Positions 1-12,098 of a DNA stretch of 59,092 nt are shown piece by piece. Origin of the DNA: Polymyxa betae A26-41 (taxonomy: Eukaryota; Protista; Endomyxa: Phytomyxea); contig RBZT01000664.1 of assembly GCA_003693705.1 (NCBI GenBank), forward strand, positions 1 to 59,092, in the 5' to 3' direction. The translations under genes were made by a program, and so were the position numbers. Every line of letters begins with the position of its first letter. Position 1 is the stretch's first letter. Under the pieces are notes generated by a model, which made no database searches, had not been told where the DNA came from, and saw nothing but the letters and a program-made list of their open reading frames with translations.

Positions 1-13
1 GTGACGCTATTCT

Positions 14-745
14 AAACGATGCCACTATAGGTCAGATCTATCAGAGAACGTTTATGTTAGTTTTTGAGTGAGAATATTTTACTGGCTTCAAATTCAACAA
101 TAATGTACTACATTTGCATTGTTCTAGCAATTGGAAATTCTAAATCTGGCATATTCGGGACTGCTCGTCTTGTGTGTTGCGCTCAACGGAACAATTGCAA
201 GTAAAAGCTCACTTCCAACAACAGTCCTTATCACACCAGGCTAATCCTTTGCGTTTGTTATCAGGATCTTCTTCAAAATAACATTTAAGTTGACAGACAT
301 CACATTCATCAATGTCATAACCATCAAAATACAAGTATCATGATACATCAGACAAGAGCCGATACAATGTTCCACCAGAGACAGCACTTGTTGCGACAAT
401 ACTCAACTCGACAGTCATCATGGTGACCATGACAATTGTGGCATCGTGTAGTGCCGTTTTCCAGGGCTTCATCACAGTTATCACATCATAGACAATTTGT
501 ACAGGGACATTGGCGAGTGGCATCGTTTGGTCTTGCGATCATCGCAAATGATGATGTCGTTGTTATTAGACATGGCTGTGTAGAATGAAGCCATGGTATG
601 GCTTGGACGTGGCCGAGGTGGCCGAGGGTGGTCTCGTTCGTCAGACCGGAACTTGACGACCTCCTACCCTTTGGCTTCCAATACGCGGCATGGAATGTTC
701 CCCTGGAATATTGGAGCGCTATAAAGGGGGCTCAAGCTATGGTTA
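14..745. repeat. Dispersed repeat copy 1; inverted copy of ~10381-11094, carrying a decayed Cys-rich ORF on the minus strand (ATG 573)
   Basis: Reverse complement aligns collinearly with 10381-11094, e.g. ctataggtcagatctatcagagaacg vs cgttctctgatagatctgacctatag, and gcgctataaagggggctcaagc vs gcttgaacccccttttatagcgc. Differences are substitutions, a 9-bp duplication (gtggccgag) and 15 extra bp in copy 1. Confidence 0.95.
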
Positions 746-862
746 TATATAGCCCATAGGTATTGTCCAACCCTAAACCAGAAAATGTAGATGTTAAAAT
801 TCCGGCTCTGTATTTTTAAATGAAGTTATTTACAGAATAGATTAAGATACAAATATTTAAAC

Positions 863-3800
863 TCAAGCAGTCTTTGCAGACTGATGGAAGAATGCAGGGC
901 TTGATTTTCGAAATGAACTGTCCTCGTCCACAATCAAAGCAATTTTATGCATGTCTGTCTTCTGACGTTCGTGCCCATAAACCATGCTCACCATTTGGCG
1001 GCGCATTTTTGCGTTTAGACCAAGTCGTTGCCAATATAGCTGTACGAGTTCATCTTTGGTCACTTTAGGGATACACCTCAAGATATCGTCTTGCTGTAAT
1101 GCCGGGCAATGATTCAGCACATTTTCCCAGATTGTTTCATGGCAGAATTCGGTTCTCAGAGCATCGGCAGCAGCTTTCCTGATGTTAGATACCGTTTTTG
1201 GGGTAATGTCTCTGATGATTCTCTCAATATCTCCAATGGCGTTATTAATCCGTTGGAAAATATAATCTGGAGAGAATCGTTCAGATTGTACAGTGATTGA
1301 TAGACCAATCACATCGTTCAATAGCTGAGGCTTGCTTTGGACGACATAGCCCAACTTCTCCTGCGTCCTCAATTGCTCAAAAATTGGAGCAGCCAGAAGA
1401 TGAATAAGAACAAGCGCGATCGCTTTGGAATGGCATGATTCGTTCGATTCTGCTAGCAGAAGATACGCAGTGACAGCAGAGTTTCTATCGGCATTGATTG
1501 CGAACTGGTTGACGATCGACTTTGCACCAGGAGGTAATGCAGTCAATCGAGGTGGTTTGAGCACTGCTCCCACAGCTGTCAGGTCAGTGAACGAAGAACC
1601 TATATCGATAGCAGTTTCAGAAGAAATTCCTCCGGTTGCCTATTATACAAATTTAGCTGAACGTAGCAAATTGTCGGCGCCATTACCAGAATAGTCCAGT
1701 GCCCATTATGGAAGAACTTCCGGGTGAACCCCTTCAGAGTACTGCGATCGACATTCACCAAAGAGCTTTCTGCCTCATGTTTAGGATAGACATATTCTAA
1801 AAGGCATTCAAACAGTTGGCGTTCGGCGATGTCGGTCACGCATGCATCTCTCTGCTCTCTAATTTCGCGCAACAGAGCAACGAATGCCTTCCGATAAACA
1901 GATTTCTTGGGATACCTGGACAGTCGTAATATTTTGGCGATTGCTTCCATCAATAATGAAATCTTGTCTCCACTCCCGCTGCAGTGAACAACAAAACCGG
2001 GGAAATTGCCTGTTGATATCTCAATCCTATACCCTGCCTCAGTGGCATGTCTATGAAGGGACTTTGAGATAAGCACGTTGGCGATCTTGACGAATAAACG
2101 CCCCAGAATCAGTGTCTGACAATCGAGAATCTCACATGACTGAAACATAAGTGAGATTGATGCCGAGCTACGATTCTGACTACAATGCCACAGATCGACC
2201 AGACTTGTGGACAGGAGATTCTGAGGGTGCTGGTCCTGTTAATCAGTGTTAAGGCAACATCTAACAGGTTTCAGTCTACAAACAAGATCTTCAAAAGGCA
2301 GCGATGCTCTTGAAATGGCTGGGATAAACTTGTTTGATGGTTTCAGGAGACAGTTAAATTTCTGAAAGCGAGAAGCGATTAGCTTATTGATCTTCATTGC
2401 GTTTGGTTTCAACGACCACAGAGCGCGTTTGGAAGCATAGCGCTCATGATGGTGGAGCTTCTACAAATAAATTAGAAGCGATTCCACCATGTGTTGATAG
2501 TAAGAACCTCAATCAGACTGCTATGTAGAGATTCCACAGAATATTCGGTCCCATAGAACGGCTCCACGAACACATTCTGGGGTCTATCCCGAAGTTCCTC
2601 CCACGGGTAAAGAAGATCAATTCTGCATTGATCCAGACGAAGCTGTTGAAGACCATCCATGACCTGCTTCATGCATGGTTCTTGTAAAGTCGGGCTTTCT
2701 AGCAGGTTTTTACCTATCCCGACCATCTCCGCCATTGTATTGGAGAAATGCCTAACAGCACAAGTCATTTTAATGTCAGAGCAGTTAAAAAGAGCAATTA
2801 CTGGCATAGTTCTTCAGGATGTAAATCAACTAGATCAGGATATTCATGTGAAGCTTCTTCAAAAGCCGCGCGAATTTCGGATTCGCTTGACATTCTCACA
2901 GTATTCAAGTATTTGAAAGTAAGCAAAATGATCTCATTGACTTTTGCCACTCCCGACTCAGTCAGAATTGCAATCAGTTGAAGATACGAAGTACCCTCAA
3001 ACGGCACAACAGTATAATTTGACGCCAGTCCCTTCGCTCTCAGCCTTTCCAAATATTGAAATCGATCTTGATTTCTCATTAAGCAAGCGATAACGTCATT
3101 AGTGCGAACCTTGCAGTTCCTCAGTTCATCATGATTGATTTCGAACATAAGCGATAAATTTCTGTAGCCTTGCACTGAGCAGATGCGATGAATCTTCTGT
3201 CATAACCGTTAAGATCGATATATTGCAACAAACTCGATGCCACTTAAACCGAAACCAGTGGGCGTTGAAAAATTGCAATGTTCTCACTTTCAAACATGAT
3301 ACTGAATCAAAAGCATTGTTCGACATGGGAATTTGTAAAGGGCGGTGACGGTTTGGAACAGCGGAGAAGAATTCCAAAATCCAAGATTCGATGGCGTCTA
3401 AGGGCTGGCTGCTGAGCACGGTCAGGTTCATTAGATTTGCTGAATAATGCTCTTCGAAGAAGCATTTCAGACGGGAATGCAATTTGAGCCGATCTTGTAA
3501 TAGCGTATCACGAGTCCCGATCAGGATCCGACTGAAAGGATTTTGTTTCGAAGAAGTACCTCTCATCACTTGGAGCTGACGATGGGGATCACTGTACAGC
3601 ATGCTCTCAAATTCGGAATGAACAATCTCCACTTCCTCTTCAACTGTATCAGCGGAAAGCAATGGGGATCTAAAGAACTCCGAAAATCTGAACAATAATT
3701 ACTGAGCATTCCAGTTTGGACATGCTTGAGGTCAACCTTGCCAAAGCCTCTTTGCCATGTTCATCTCTCACGTAGTAGTGAAATGTAGAAACAGTACTCG

Positions 3801-4150
3801 ACGTATTTGCATTCGTCGCCCCTCCCCTCTCTGCCAGAAAAGTTCGAAACTCGCCATTGTTGGGATATTTCTCGGTTCCAAGGAATAAGACGTGTTCAAG
3901 TAAATGAGCTAAACCTGGAATATCTTCCGGATCCATGAAGGATCCCACACGAACGGACATCGATGCTGCGCTCTGATAGAAATTGATTCGCATAGTAATG
4001 AAGTTAAACGATCGACAATACCAAAGCCGATGAGAGGTCTGAGGTCATTACAACTCGCATTCCGTTCGTCAGGATTGCAACTCTACACGACCTGGTTCCA
4101 TACTGGGCTTCATCTACCGTAGATAACTTAGCTGGTTGCGATGGCTGCAT
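863..4150 (-). CDS. Peptidase M16A (insulinase / insulin-degrading enzyme-like), multi-exon
   Basis: Spliced N-terminus MQPSQP...ILTNGMRVV...SAASMSVRVGSFMDPEDIPGLAHLLEHVLFLGTEKYP contains the inverted zinc motif HxxEH. C-terminal FEQLRTQEKLGYVV and EPFYGTEY motifs are typical of IDE/pitrilysin. Confidence 0.93.
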
Positions 4151-4458
4151 AAGTTAAATAGACAAAGTTTTTGGCTGTGCCTTCATCTCTGCATTGAACC
4201 GTGACTCACACCTCACACTCCTGAAGCATACAAGCTTCATAATGACCAAAGGGAGATACAATTCCGCATGAATTCGAGCAGTAGACCAGTAGTGGAAAGG
4301 CCCGAGCCGATCATCACGGGTGATGGTAACGTAAGTGGTGACGGGACCTCCTCCCAGTGTAGTTGCCCGATCTGTTCTCGAATATCGATTATCTTCTATC
4401 TGTATCTGGTGTTCCCCAAACTCGCTGCATCGACTTGTTCGTTAGTGTAAGCCTCGAG

Positions 4459-4895
4459 ATGAATTTCGGGCTGACTCCAGCCGATGGATACCTGATGAAG
4501 GCGCCGATCTCCAAGAACCACGACCGCCTTCGACATGGCTGGTCGAAAAGGTGCTGACCTTAACTGTGCCAGTTGCTGTGATAACCTAAATCTAACAGAT
4601 ACTTTATCATCCAAGGCACATCGCTGTATTACTTTCAAGTAAGAACATAGTAGTAGAATTAACTTGCTGGTGAGGGTTAAAGTTTAATTAGCGAAAATGC
4701 GAATTGCTTCCCAAAGGGGAATTCCCGTTAGATGGATCCATGCTGTTCGATTCCGACGACATCACCGGCAAGAAATTTTCGTTCAGACTCACCACCGCTG
4801 ACGGCGAACAAACCATGTATCTGAAGACCGACACCTATGAGGACCGTGAACGTTGGATGAAGGCTTTGATACAATCAGGTGCGAATAAATACTAG
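4459..4895 (+). CDS. PH-domain protein (ends uncertain; may splice on towards ~5223)
   Basis: Spliced: DGYLMKAP...HGWSKRYFIIQGTSLYYFQ..PKGEFPL..KKFSFRLTT..MYLKTDTYEDRERWMKAL, matching the PH consensus. Two GT-AG introns at ~4551-4598 and ~4639-4691. Confidence 0.8.
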
Positions 4896-5558
4896 CTTCA
4901 TTGAGTGACGCAGATTCGGACCGCGTCCGTAGCGAATTTCGGCTTGTCCTTCACGGCCCCAGAAAGCAATCAACATTTTCTGCGATTGGCTGACATCGCA
5001 TACGCGTTTTTGACGCATGACCGTCTGCTTGATTACGAGGGTGCTTAGGGCGCATGACATCGGCCCTACCTCCTCCGCCCTCGCCCGTATTCGTTCCGAT
5101 CCCTACTCCGACACTTCTTCCGCCGCATCTGGAGCTCACACCACTTGCAATCAAAGCAGTTACGATCAAGTTCGCTTCAATGCGCCAAGCAGAAAGCAAC
5201 CTTCTCTCGACTTGTTGGACTAGAAGCATGATACTTCCAGGACAGGCCGGGAACAACCAGATCGTGGCACATTCTAACACGTGTGATTGGGAAAGATGCA
5301 GTTTTCTGAAGAGTCCTTTGGGCGTTATGGCAACCAGTCGATTCCCCAGAGCCCATCCAGTTCACTAATGCGAGAATGATACTGCAAATAAACTGTGCTG
5401 TAACTAGATTGTGATATATGGCTGGATTGTGGAGGTTCTTAAGATCTTGATGTTGATTGAGGCTAGGAATTTGTTTTGCAAATCAGGTTAAGCCAAGCTA
5501 TTTGAACAAAATATTATCAAATATCAGAATAATTAGTATCAAGCCTGTTTTATGAAGG

Positions 5559-7272
5559 CTAGAATTCACCATACAGTTTTTCGCTCTGTCCTTCGTCATC
5601 CTCGCCAAAAACAAGCTGTTTGTCTTTCTGGTTTCTAACAACTCCACGCGGCAGATATTCACGAAGCTTGCGAGCATGTTCTCGCAACATTCGCTCACGC
5701 TCACGCTCGATGATTTGCAAGCGCTCTTCTTCTTCGAGTATCTCGCGTTCTCTTTCGCGCATCTCTTCTTCGCGCTCTTTCTCGAACAGCGCACGCCGTT
5801 CCTCCAGCATTTTCTGCACTGCACGATGATGTTCGATTTTCGCCCGACGCGCTCGTTCGGCGTTCATCTGATCGATACGGTCGTCCTCTGCAAATTTGGC
5901 CATCATCTGAGTTCGCAAGGCCTACCAACCATTTCAGAACCTATATTATCACCTACAACAAGCCAACCTGTTCTTGAAGCTTTTGTTCGGTTCGTTTTTG
6001 TTCTGCCAAGATTTGTTGGCGTTTGTGGCCCTCTATCATTTCTTGTCGCTGTGCCAGTCGCCTGGCCTCCCGAGCCTTCGCCTCCTCTTCGATTTTAGCG
6101 TCCGCTTCGGCAATGAACATCTCGATAAACAATTGCTCCATCTCTTCTTGTTCTTTGCGTTGTCGCTCCATTCCAGCAGCGACACGATCGTATTTCGCCG
6201 CCTCTTGTTGCTGCTGAGCGGATTTCTTTTCAGCGATCTCCATTAGACGGCGATCTTGCAGTTCTGCCCATTCTTGAATCTTCTGGAGCTCTGCCGCTTC
6301 TTCCTCTTTCAGCCGATATTTCAGGTTTCTTCGTTCAATCTCGTAATGATGAATCATTTCACGTAATTCAGCGCGTTTCTTGGATTTCTCCTCTTCAGCA
6401 CTAAAATACATTTTGAAATAAGAACATTAGCCGGACAAAGCGGGTCTTACTGTTTCTCTTTCTGCAGCACTTTCTTAACGACATCATCCACCTGGGCTTT
6501 CTCCTTGAGGAATTCTTCGTATGCCGCCTTTTTCTTTCGTTGCAGATCAAGAATTTGTCTGTCGAGATCTTCCTTCAGATTTCCCATGTTATTATGACGG
6601 GCTTGCACACGCTCCTTTTCCCAACGCTCCGCTTGTTCACGTTCCTGCGCTAACTTCGCCTCGACTTCAATCTATCAAATCCAGAGTGTAAACTAGATAT
6701 AATATAAAGGGTAACATCTGCACCTCTTTCTCAAGGCGCTCCTTCTTGATCTGATGATTATGTTGTATCTGAGAATGTCTTTCTTTGTTCATCTGCGCTG
6801 CCTGAAGCTTTTCAGATAGTGCTCTCAGCTCTTCACTTTGTTCACAAAGTCGCCTTATTCTGGCTTCCTCACTAGCCTGCTGCGATTTCCGATGTTGTAA
6901 CTCAGCCACCAGGCTGAATTCAAACATGAAAACATGTTACGACCGAAGAGCCATTGTCAAACCGATTCTGCTGCTCGTCTAATATTTTCGCCTCGTATTC
7001 TTGACGTAATTTCTGTTCTAAGATCGCACCTTGATTCTCTTCTGCTTCGCGAAGCCGTCGGAGGCGTTCACGGCGCATCTGTTGGACACGATGTTCGGAT
7101 GTCACCTGAGTCCTGAATTCAGAACAAAGCATTCGATGTAAATGACTGCATCGACCTCGGATTTGATATTGGCATGAGCCTTAAGTTTATCTGCTAAATC
7201 TTGCATTTGGGCCTCAGCCCGGCGCTCTTCGGCCATGCGCTGGTTGAACGAGCGACCCATTCGCCTCGACAT
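5559..7272 (-). CDS. MNS1: Meiosis-specific nuclear structural protein 1-like (axonemal coiled-coil, TPH domain)
   Basis: E/R/Q-rich coiled-coil exons. C-terminal MAKFAEDDRIDQMNA..EHHRAV...REHA..L..YLPRGV and CEQSEELRALSEKLQAAQMNKER match MNS1 motifs. Confidence 0.85.
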
Positions 7273-7943
7273 ATCTTTGCTTAGTGATACCGAGTACGCG
7301 GGTGATCGGTTCTTTTCAGGATCTGAAGTCGTCCTGAAAGACTGATGAAGACGATCATGTCACTCATCTGTGTAAGAAATAGGTGAGGCGGCCGCGCCAC
7401 ATTTGATGACTCTTCTATTCACATTGATGACTCTTCGTTCTTGGTTGTCTTGCATATGGCGATCTTCAAGATGTTTAGGTTGACCTTTGCATTTATTGAC
7501 TTTTCACAGGCCTTCTGGAAATCTAGATTAAAAATTGTAGGGGTATATGAGTTATCAAGCCTTGTTCTGTGGAAACTAGGAATTCTTTTAAAACTAAATG
7601 ACTCCTCTATGCATATATCATATACTCGTAAATGTAATGATTTTTCTTTGGTAAAAAAAAGTTTTTTTCAAACCTCAGTGCTATATTTTCAACTTCTGAC
7701 TTCTCCGACTCGCGTAAAGTCTGTCCTTTTTGTTTTCGCGAAATAGCGAAATATGCTATGTTCCGTTTGAACACCAAACACCCCAACACTCCCCCATCAA
7801 TAAACTCTTCCCCAATTTCCCTCACCCAGTTCACCTGCAATGCGCAACATAAATCACTGTTGCTGGCAAGCGCACTGTCTCTTGCCAGTACGGCCTTGTA
7901 ATTGCCGGCTATATATAATCATACCATCTTCCATTCCTTGCTT

Positions 7944-7978
7944 GCTCTCTCGTCTCTTCTCTCGTCTCTTCTCTCGTC
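7944..7978 (+). repeat. Short tandem repeat (tctctcgtctct, ~3 x 12 bp)
   Basis: ctctctcgtctcttctctcgtctcttctctcgtc read directly from the sequence. Confidence 0.8.
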
Positions 7979-8039
7979 GCTTGTCTTTTGACTTCTGCTT
8001 CGGTCAATCTTCCTCATTCAGCGACGTCCAATCTCTTTT

Positions 8040-8660
8040 AGTACGTTCTCCGCTTCCTGACAGATCTTATTCGATGTAAATATTTATCGATTTCGATCTT
8101 TTCTGCAGCATCTGATAGAGAATTCGTTCTTCCTCGACAACTTCAGCATGTTATTATGTCGTGTTTCTTGGCAGAAATTTGTATACGTCAGGCTAAATTC
8201 TGCTTCGATTCGATGCATGAAATTCAATTTCATTCACTATGGAAAGACATCCTCAGTGCAACTATTGCTTATGGTCCTGATATGAAATCCTGTGCATTGT
8301 ATTGGGAGTATCATATTAATTGCTTCGTACACGATTATCCCGGAGATCACCGTATCGATCTGATCCTAGTTTATAACAATCTCCTGGTTCTGTTCGTTGA
8401 GATTGCTGGCACTGTCATTGTCATTAAAACAAGACCATCAAGACTTCCAAAAAATGGCCAGCGATATGTCTCTGGCTCTTCTGGAGATGATCGGTATATC
8501 TTGCACATTCCTAGCTTATTCATACGATCCCGATCAGCTCTTTACATTGTTTTCAGATCGTAATCGATCTTCAGCGATTTCCGAGTGTTCGGCATCCTCA
8601 TCACCAGGTTTGAATACGAATTTGTCTGTGCTCGACCAGTATTCGAAAATGGCAAGCTAG
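8040..8660 (+). pseudogene. Frameshifted ORF relic, possibly PD-(D/E)xK restriction-endonuclease-like fold
   Basis: Open frame ...EIQFHSLWKDIL...YWEYHI...HRIDLILVYNNLLVLFVEIAG, then a frameshift near 8420 into KQDHQDFQKMASDMSLALLEM. No introns, and it lies in the repeat island. Confidence 0.35.
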
Positions 8661-8994
8661 GTGCCGTCTGTCAGCGTTGTCCTAGAAACCAATAGGGACA
8701 ATCGCTGTCATAACCAACGGTAGCTTGCCGTAGATATTTATTTGTCGATACACTTAAGGGATAGCTTATCGAATAAAGCTTGCAACAGGAACGAACTGTC
8801 CATCAGTTCGTTTAACGCCATTTTGAACCGAAGCTTTATTGGCTTCTTAAAATCGTAGTTTACTCATCGATCATCTGTTCCTTGGTCCAGCTCTCCTCCT
8901 CTCGTACAGCCTAATTCATCCTTCTGATCCTGTTCCTGCTCTCTAATCTTCCTTCTTCTGACCATTTCATCAGACAGTTTTCGGTTTATTACAG

Positions 8995-9547
8995 TTAAAT
9001 ACGTGTCCGGGCTTGTCTGGATATTTCGGGCAGAACATGTCGATTTCGTTCCTTAAGACCTCAACGCAGGTGTGGCGGAATCGCGAAACTGTGATGCTGA
9101 TTCCAGGTCCGTTCCGCGGGATGCCCGCATCGTACCCTTTCCCATGTACAACGCGATTCTACTATTGATTCGGCTTCATGCAGAGGAAGGCTGGCGGAAT
9201 CTAACATTATCGGTGGTGGAGAAGGCTGGGTGCGATTCGGTATAGTGTTGCGTATATAGATCTCGAATAAGGATGCGTGAAAGACCGGATGAAGGCGAGA
9301 GTCTTTCGGAAGATCTAGTTCGTATGCGACGGGTTAATCGCTCGGCTAGTTTCTCACAGGGTCGTCCGGAGCGGATACGTCCTCGATTTAGCCAGACGAG
9401 ATCCCCTGGGTTGTAGACAGGATGCGGTTGTCGGCGCCTATCTGCATATTTCTTGGAGCTATCTACCGCGGCACGGAAGCTTTCAAAGCGCGACGGTGGA
9501 TGTCCCGTAATTGATCGACAAATTGAGAAGAGCCTGGGCTCCGACAT
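8995..9547 (-). mobile_element. Degenerate chromovirus-type Ty3/Gypsy LTR retrotransposon relic (integrase C-terminus plus chromodomain)
   Basis: KKYADRRRQPHPVYNPGDLVWLN...RPCEKL, then after a frameshift YELDLPKDSRLHPVFHASLFE...PNRTQPSPPPI...EAESIVESR...KGY..ERTW...PKYPDKPG. This is the classic GPY/F region and chromodomain, with deletions and frameshifts. Confidence 0.88.
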
Positions 9548-9549
9548 GC

Positions 9550-11094
9550 GTTCTATGGCTTATAGCAAATATTTATAATTGATACTCGCTTATAATTGAT
9601 ACAGAACCCCTCCATCGACTGTATTAATTATAAGAGAGTATACTTTATCATCAAAATTTATATCTATAAAATGATCTCCTAGCTAGTTTACAGGCATCGC
9701 AGAAGGTCTGCTTGAGACTCTCTTCTTGCGATCGATATGTAGGTCCTGGACGAATGAACCTGTTTTTGTCAGACCGACCTGGATCATATCGTCCTGCGTG
9801 ATGACCGTTAGAGCGATCAATATGATCATGATGCAAGCGCAGGGACGTGGCTGATGGCTCTCACAGTCTCCCTCCCACCTGTGATAATGATACACATCGC
9901 TTAAGCTTATTCTGCAGGGTCCGTTTTACAATGGACAAGCACGATATAATTTACTCATGCGATTCAATGATTAGACACTAGAGGTGAGTGAGGGAGATGT
10001 GATTAGTATGGAGAAGTACTGATGGTGGTGTACGCCCAGTCCTGCCACAGTTGCATCTGAGACATATGATCTGAAGCGAAGACAGCTTCTCACACAAGGA
10101 GTAAGAATCATAACCGGTTAATATCGAGTTGTACTACCCCAGCATAACGTAAAATTATAGGCCAGAAAACGAGTCCAATACCGAGATTCGGGGTCATAGA
10201 TTTTCTTGGTTCTCCGGGAACGTCCTAACTGTCCCAAATATCGACAATCCCAGGACACCAATTATCGAACAGTTCAAAAGTCGAGATAATTGAGTGCCTC
10301 ACCAACTGGCTTCCAATAATCGGTCCTGTAAATTGCTTGGGTAGAAGGGTTGCTATAATGACACTCTTTACAATGATCTAAAACCATGGCTTGAACCCCC
10401 TTTTATAGCGCCCCAATACCCCAGGGGAACATTCCATATCGCGTATCGGAGGCCAAAGGGTAGGAGGTCGTCAAGTTCCGGTCTGACGAACGAGACCACC
10501 CTCGGCCACGTCCAAGCCATATCCTGGCTTCATTCTACACAGCCATGTCTAATAACAACGACATCATCATTTGCGATGATCGCAAGACCAAACGATGCCA
10601 CTCGCCAATGTCCCTGTACAAATTGTCTATGATGTGATAACTGTGATGAAGCCCTGGAAAACGGCACTACACGATGCCGCAATTGTCATGGACTCCGTGA
10701 TGACTGTCGAGTTGAGTATTGTTGCAACAAGTGCTGTCTCTGGTGGGACATTGTTATCGGCTCTTGTCTGATGTATCATGATACTTGTATTTTGTTGGTT
10801 ACGACGTTGATGAATGTGGTGTCTGTCAACGTAAATGTTATTTTGGAGAAGATCCTGATGACAAACGCAAAGGATTAGCCCGGTGTGACAAGTGAGCTTT
10901 TACTTGCAATTGTTCCGTTGAGCGCAAAACATTAAACGAGCAGTCCCGATTATGCCAGATTTAGAATTGCCAGTTGCTTGCCACCAAACAATGCAAATGT
11001 AGTACAATTGTTAAATTTGAACCCAGTAAAATATTGTTACTCAAAACGAACATCAACGTTCTCTGATAGATCTGACCTATAGTTGTAAACGTTT
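9550..11094. mobile_element. Unclassified repeated element with divergent decayed Cys-rich ORFs (right half duplicated, inverted, at 14-745)
   Basis: Plus-strand relic ORF 10545-11066 and minus-strand relics from 10387 and 9958, all CxxC-rich, intronless, with stops and frameshifts. It abuts and truncates the Gypsy integrase. Confidence 0.6.
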
Positions 11095-11213
11095 GTCGAC
11101 TGTTTGCTGCCTTCTATGAAAATCTCCGCGACACCTTTGCAGGCTGCAGTACACTTTCTGTCGTCTTTATCTTTCAGATCGCCTCTGTCTGCCTGTTTTG
11201 CCAGTAAACCGCC

Positions 11214-11945
11214 ATGGCTGATGCTCCAAAGCACAGCACCGGCGATGGCCAAGCTCCGCAGCTTGTGAAAATCGTCGTTGTAGGCGATGGTGCCGTTGGT
11301 AAAACTACCTTATTGTGCTGACCTTGTCTTTCCTATCGGTGGCAGACTGATTTTTCCTTAGGCTGAGATATGTCGAGAACAAATTTCCAGAATCGTATGT
11401 TCCAACAGTATTTGAAAATTATTATCGCGAAGTCAACTTCCAAGGTGTCCCGGTCACGCTTGGACTTTGGGGTGAGCATCTTTCATTAGAGTACTCAGAG
11501 CTTCACTAAGTGCATTGCAGACACGGCCGGTCAGGAAGATTTCGACCGATTGCGCTCATTGTCCTATCACGAAACGCATCTTGTACTCATCGTCTATTCG
11601 GTCGATTCGCCCTCGTCGCTAACGAATGTCGGAGCCAAATGGGTTCCTGAAGTACAGCACCATCTACCAAAAGTCCCATTTATCCTGGTGGGCACAAAGT
11701 GCGATCTTCGAACTGACGAGCATACGATTGAGAAGCTGAAGGCAAGAAACCAGAAGATCGTCGATGTATCGGTGGCATCGGCCGTTGCTAAAGAAATCGG
11801 CGCTCAATGCGTTATGGAATGTTCTGCCTTAACAGGGACCGGGGTCAAAGAGATCTTCGACGAGGCTTTGAAGATTGTCCTAACAAGACAAGGCCTGATT
11901 AAACATGAATCGGCTTCTTCAAAAACATGCTGTATCTTAGTTTGA
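11214..11945 (+). CDS. Rho/Rac family small GTPase
   Basis: Spliced (2 introns): KIVVVGDGAVGKT, YVPTVFENY, LWDTAGQEDFDRLRSLSY, GTKCDLR, ECSA, C-terminal CCILV prenylation box. Confidence 0.96.
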
Positions 11946-12098
11946 TAATATATACTGTATGCACAATGTGATTACTACCTTCTTCCTAATTCGGCATAAA
12001 ACCAGACCTATCTCAATCCGGTTCCGATTCCTGGATGAGTCATGCCAAAAGCGGCTCGATCCAGCCGGAAAGCATCGAATTCGTCATTTTGCAGAAGA

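Noticed and set aside
769-780. aaccctaaacc telomere-like motif
   Set aside because: Single unit with no array.
5620-6246. Plus-strand ORFs over MNS1 (and similar antisense ORFs over AK, AFG3, RAD50 and UFD2)
   Set aside because: They are shadow frames of real coding exons on the opposite strand.
7398-7438. Duplicated cacatt(t)gatgactcttc as a CRISPR-like or regulatory repeat
   Set aside because: Only two adjacent copies; a local tandem duplication.
10480-10500. CTGACGA...GAGA as a hammerhead ribozyme core
   Set aside because: There is no stem II and GAGA replaces GAAA; it is better explained as a simple hairpin.
10545-11066. In-frame TGA codons in Cys-rich context as selenocysteine or a recoded stop
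   Set aside because: Frameshifts and a TAG also interrupt the frame, and neighbouring host genes use TGA as a stop. Decay is the simpler explanation.
14-11094. The two repeat copies as the LTR pair of the Gypsy relic
   Set aside because: They are inverted rather than direct, enclose host genes, and show no clear TG...CA ends or PBS.
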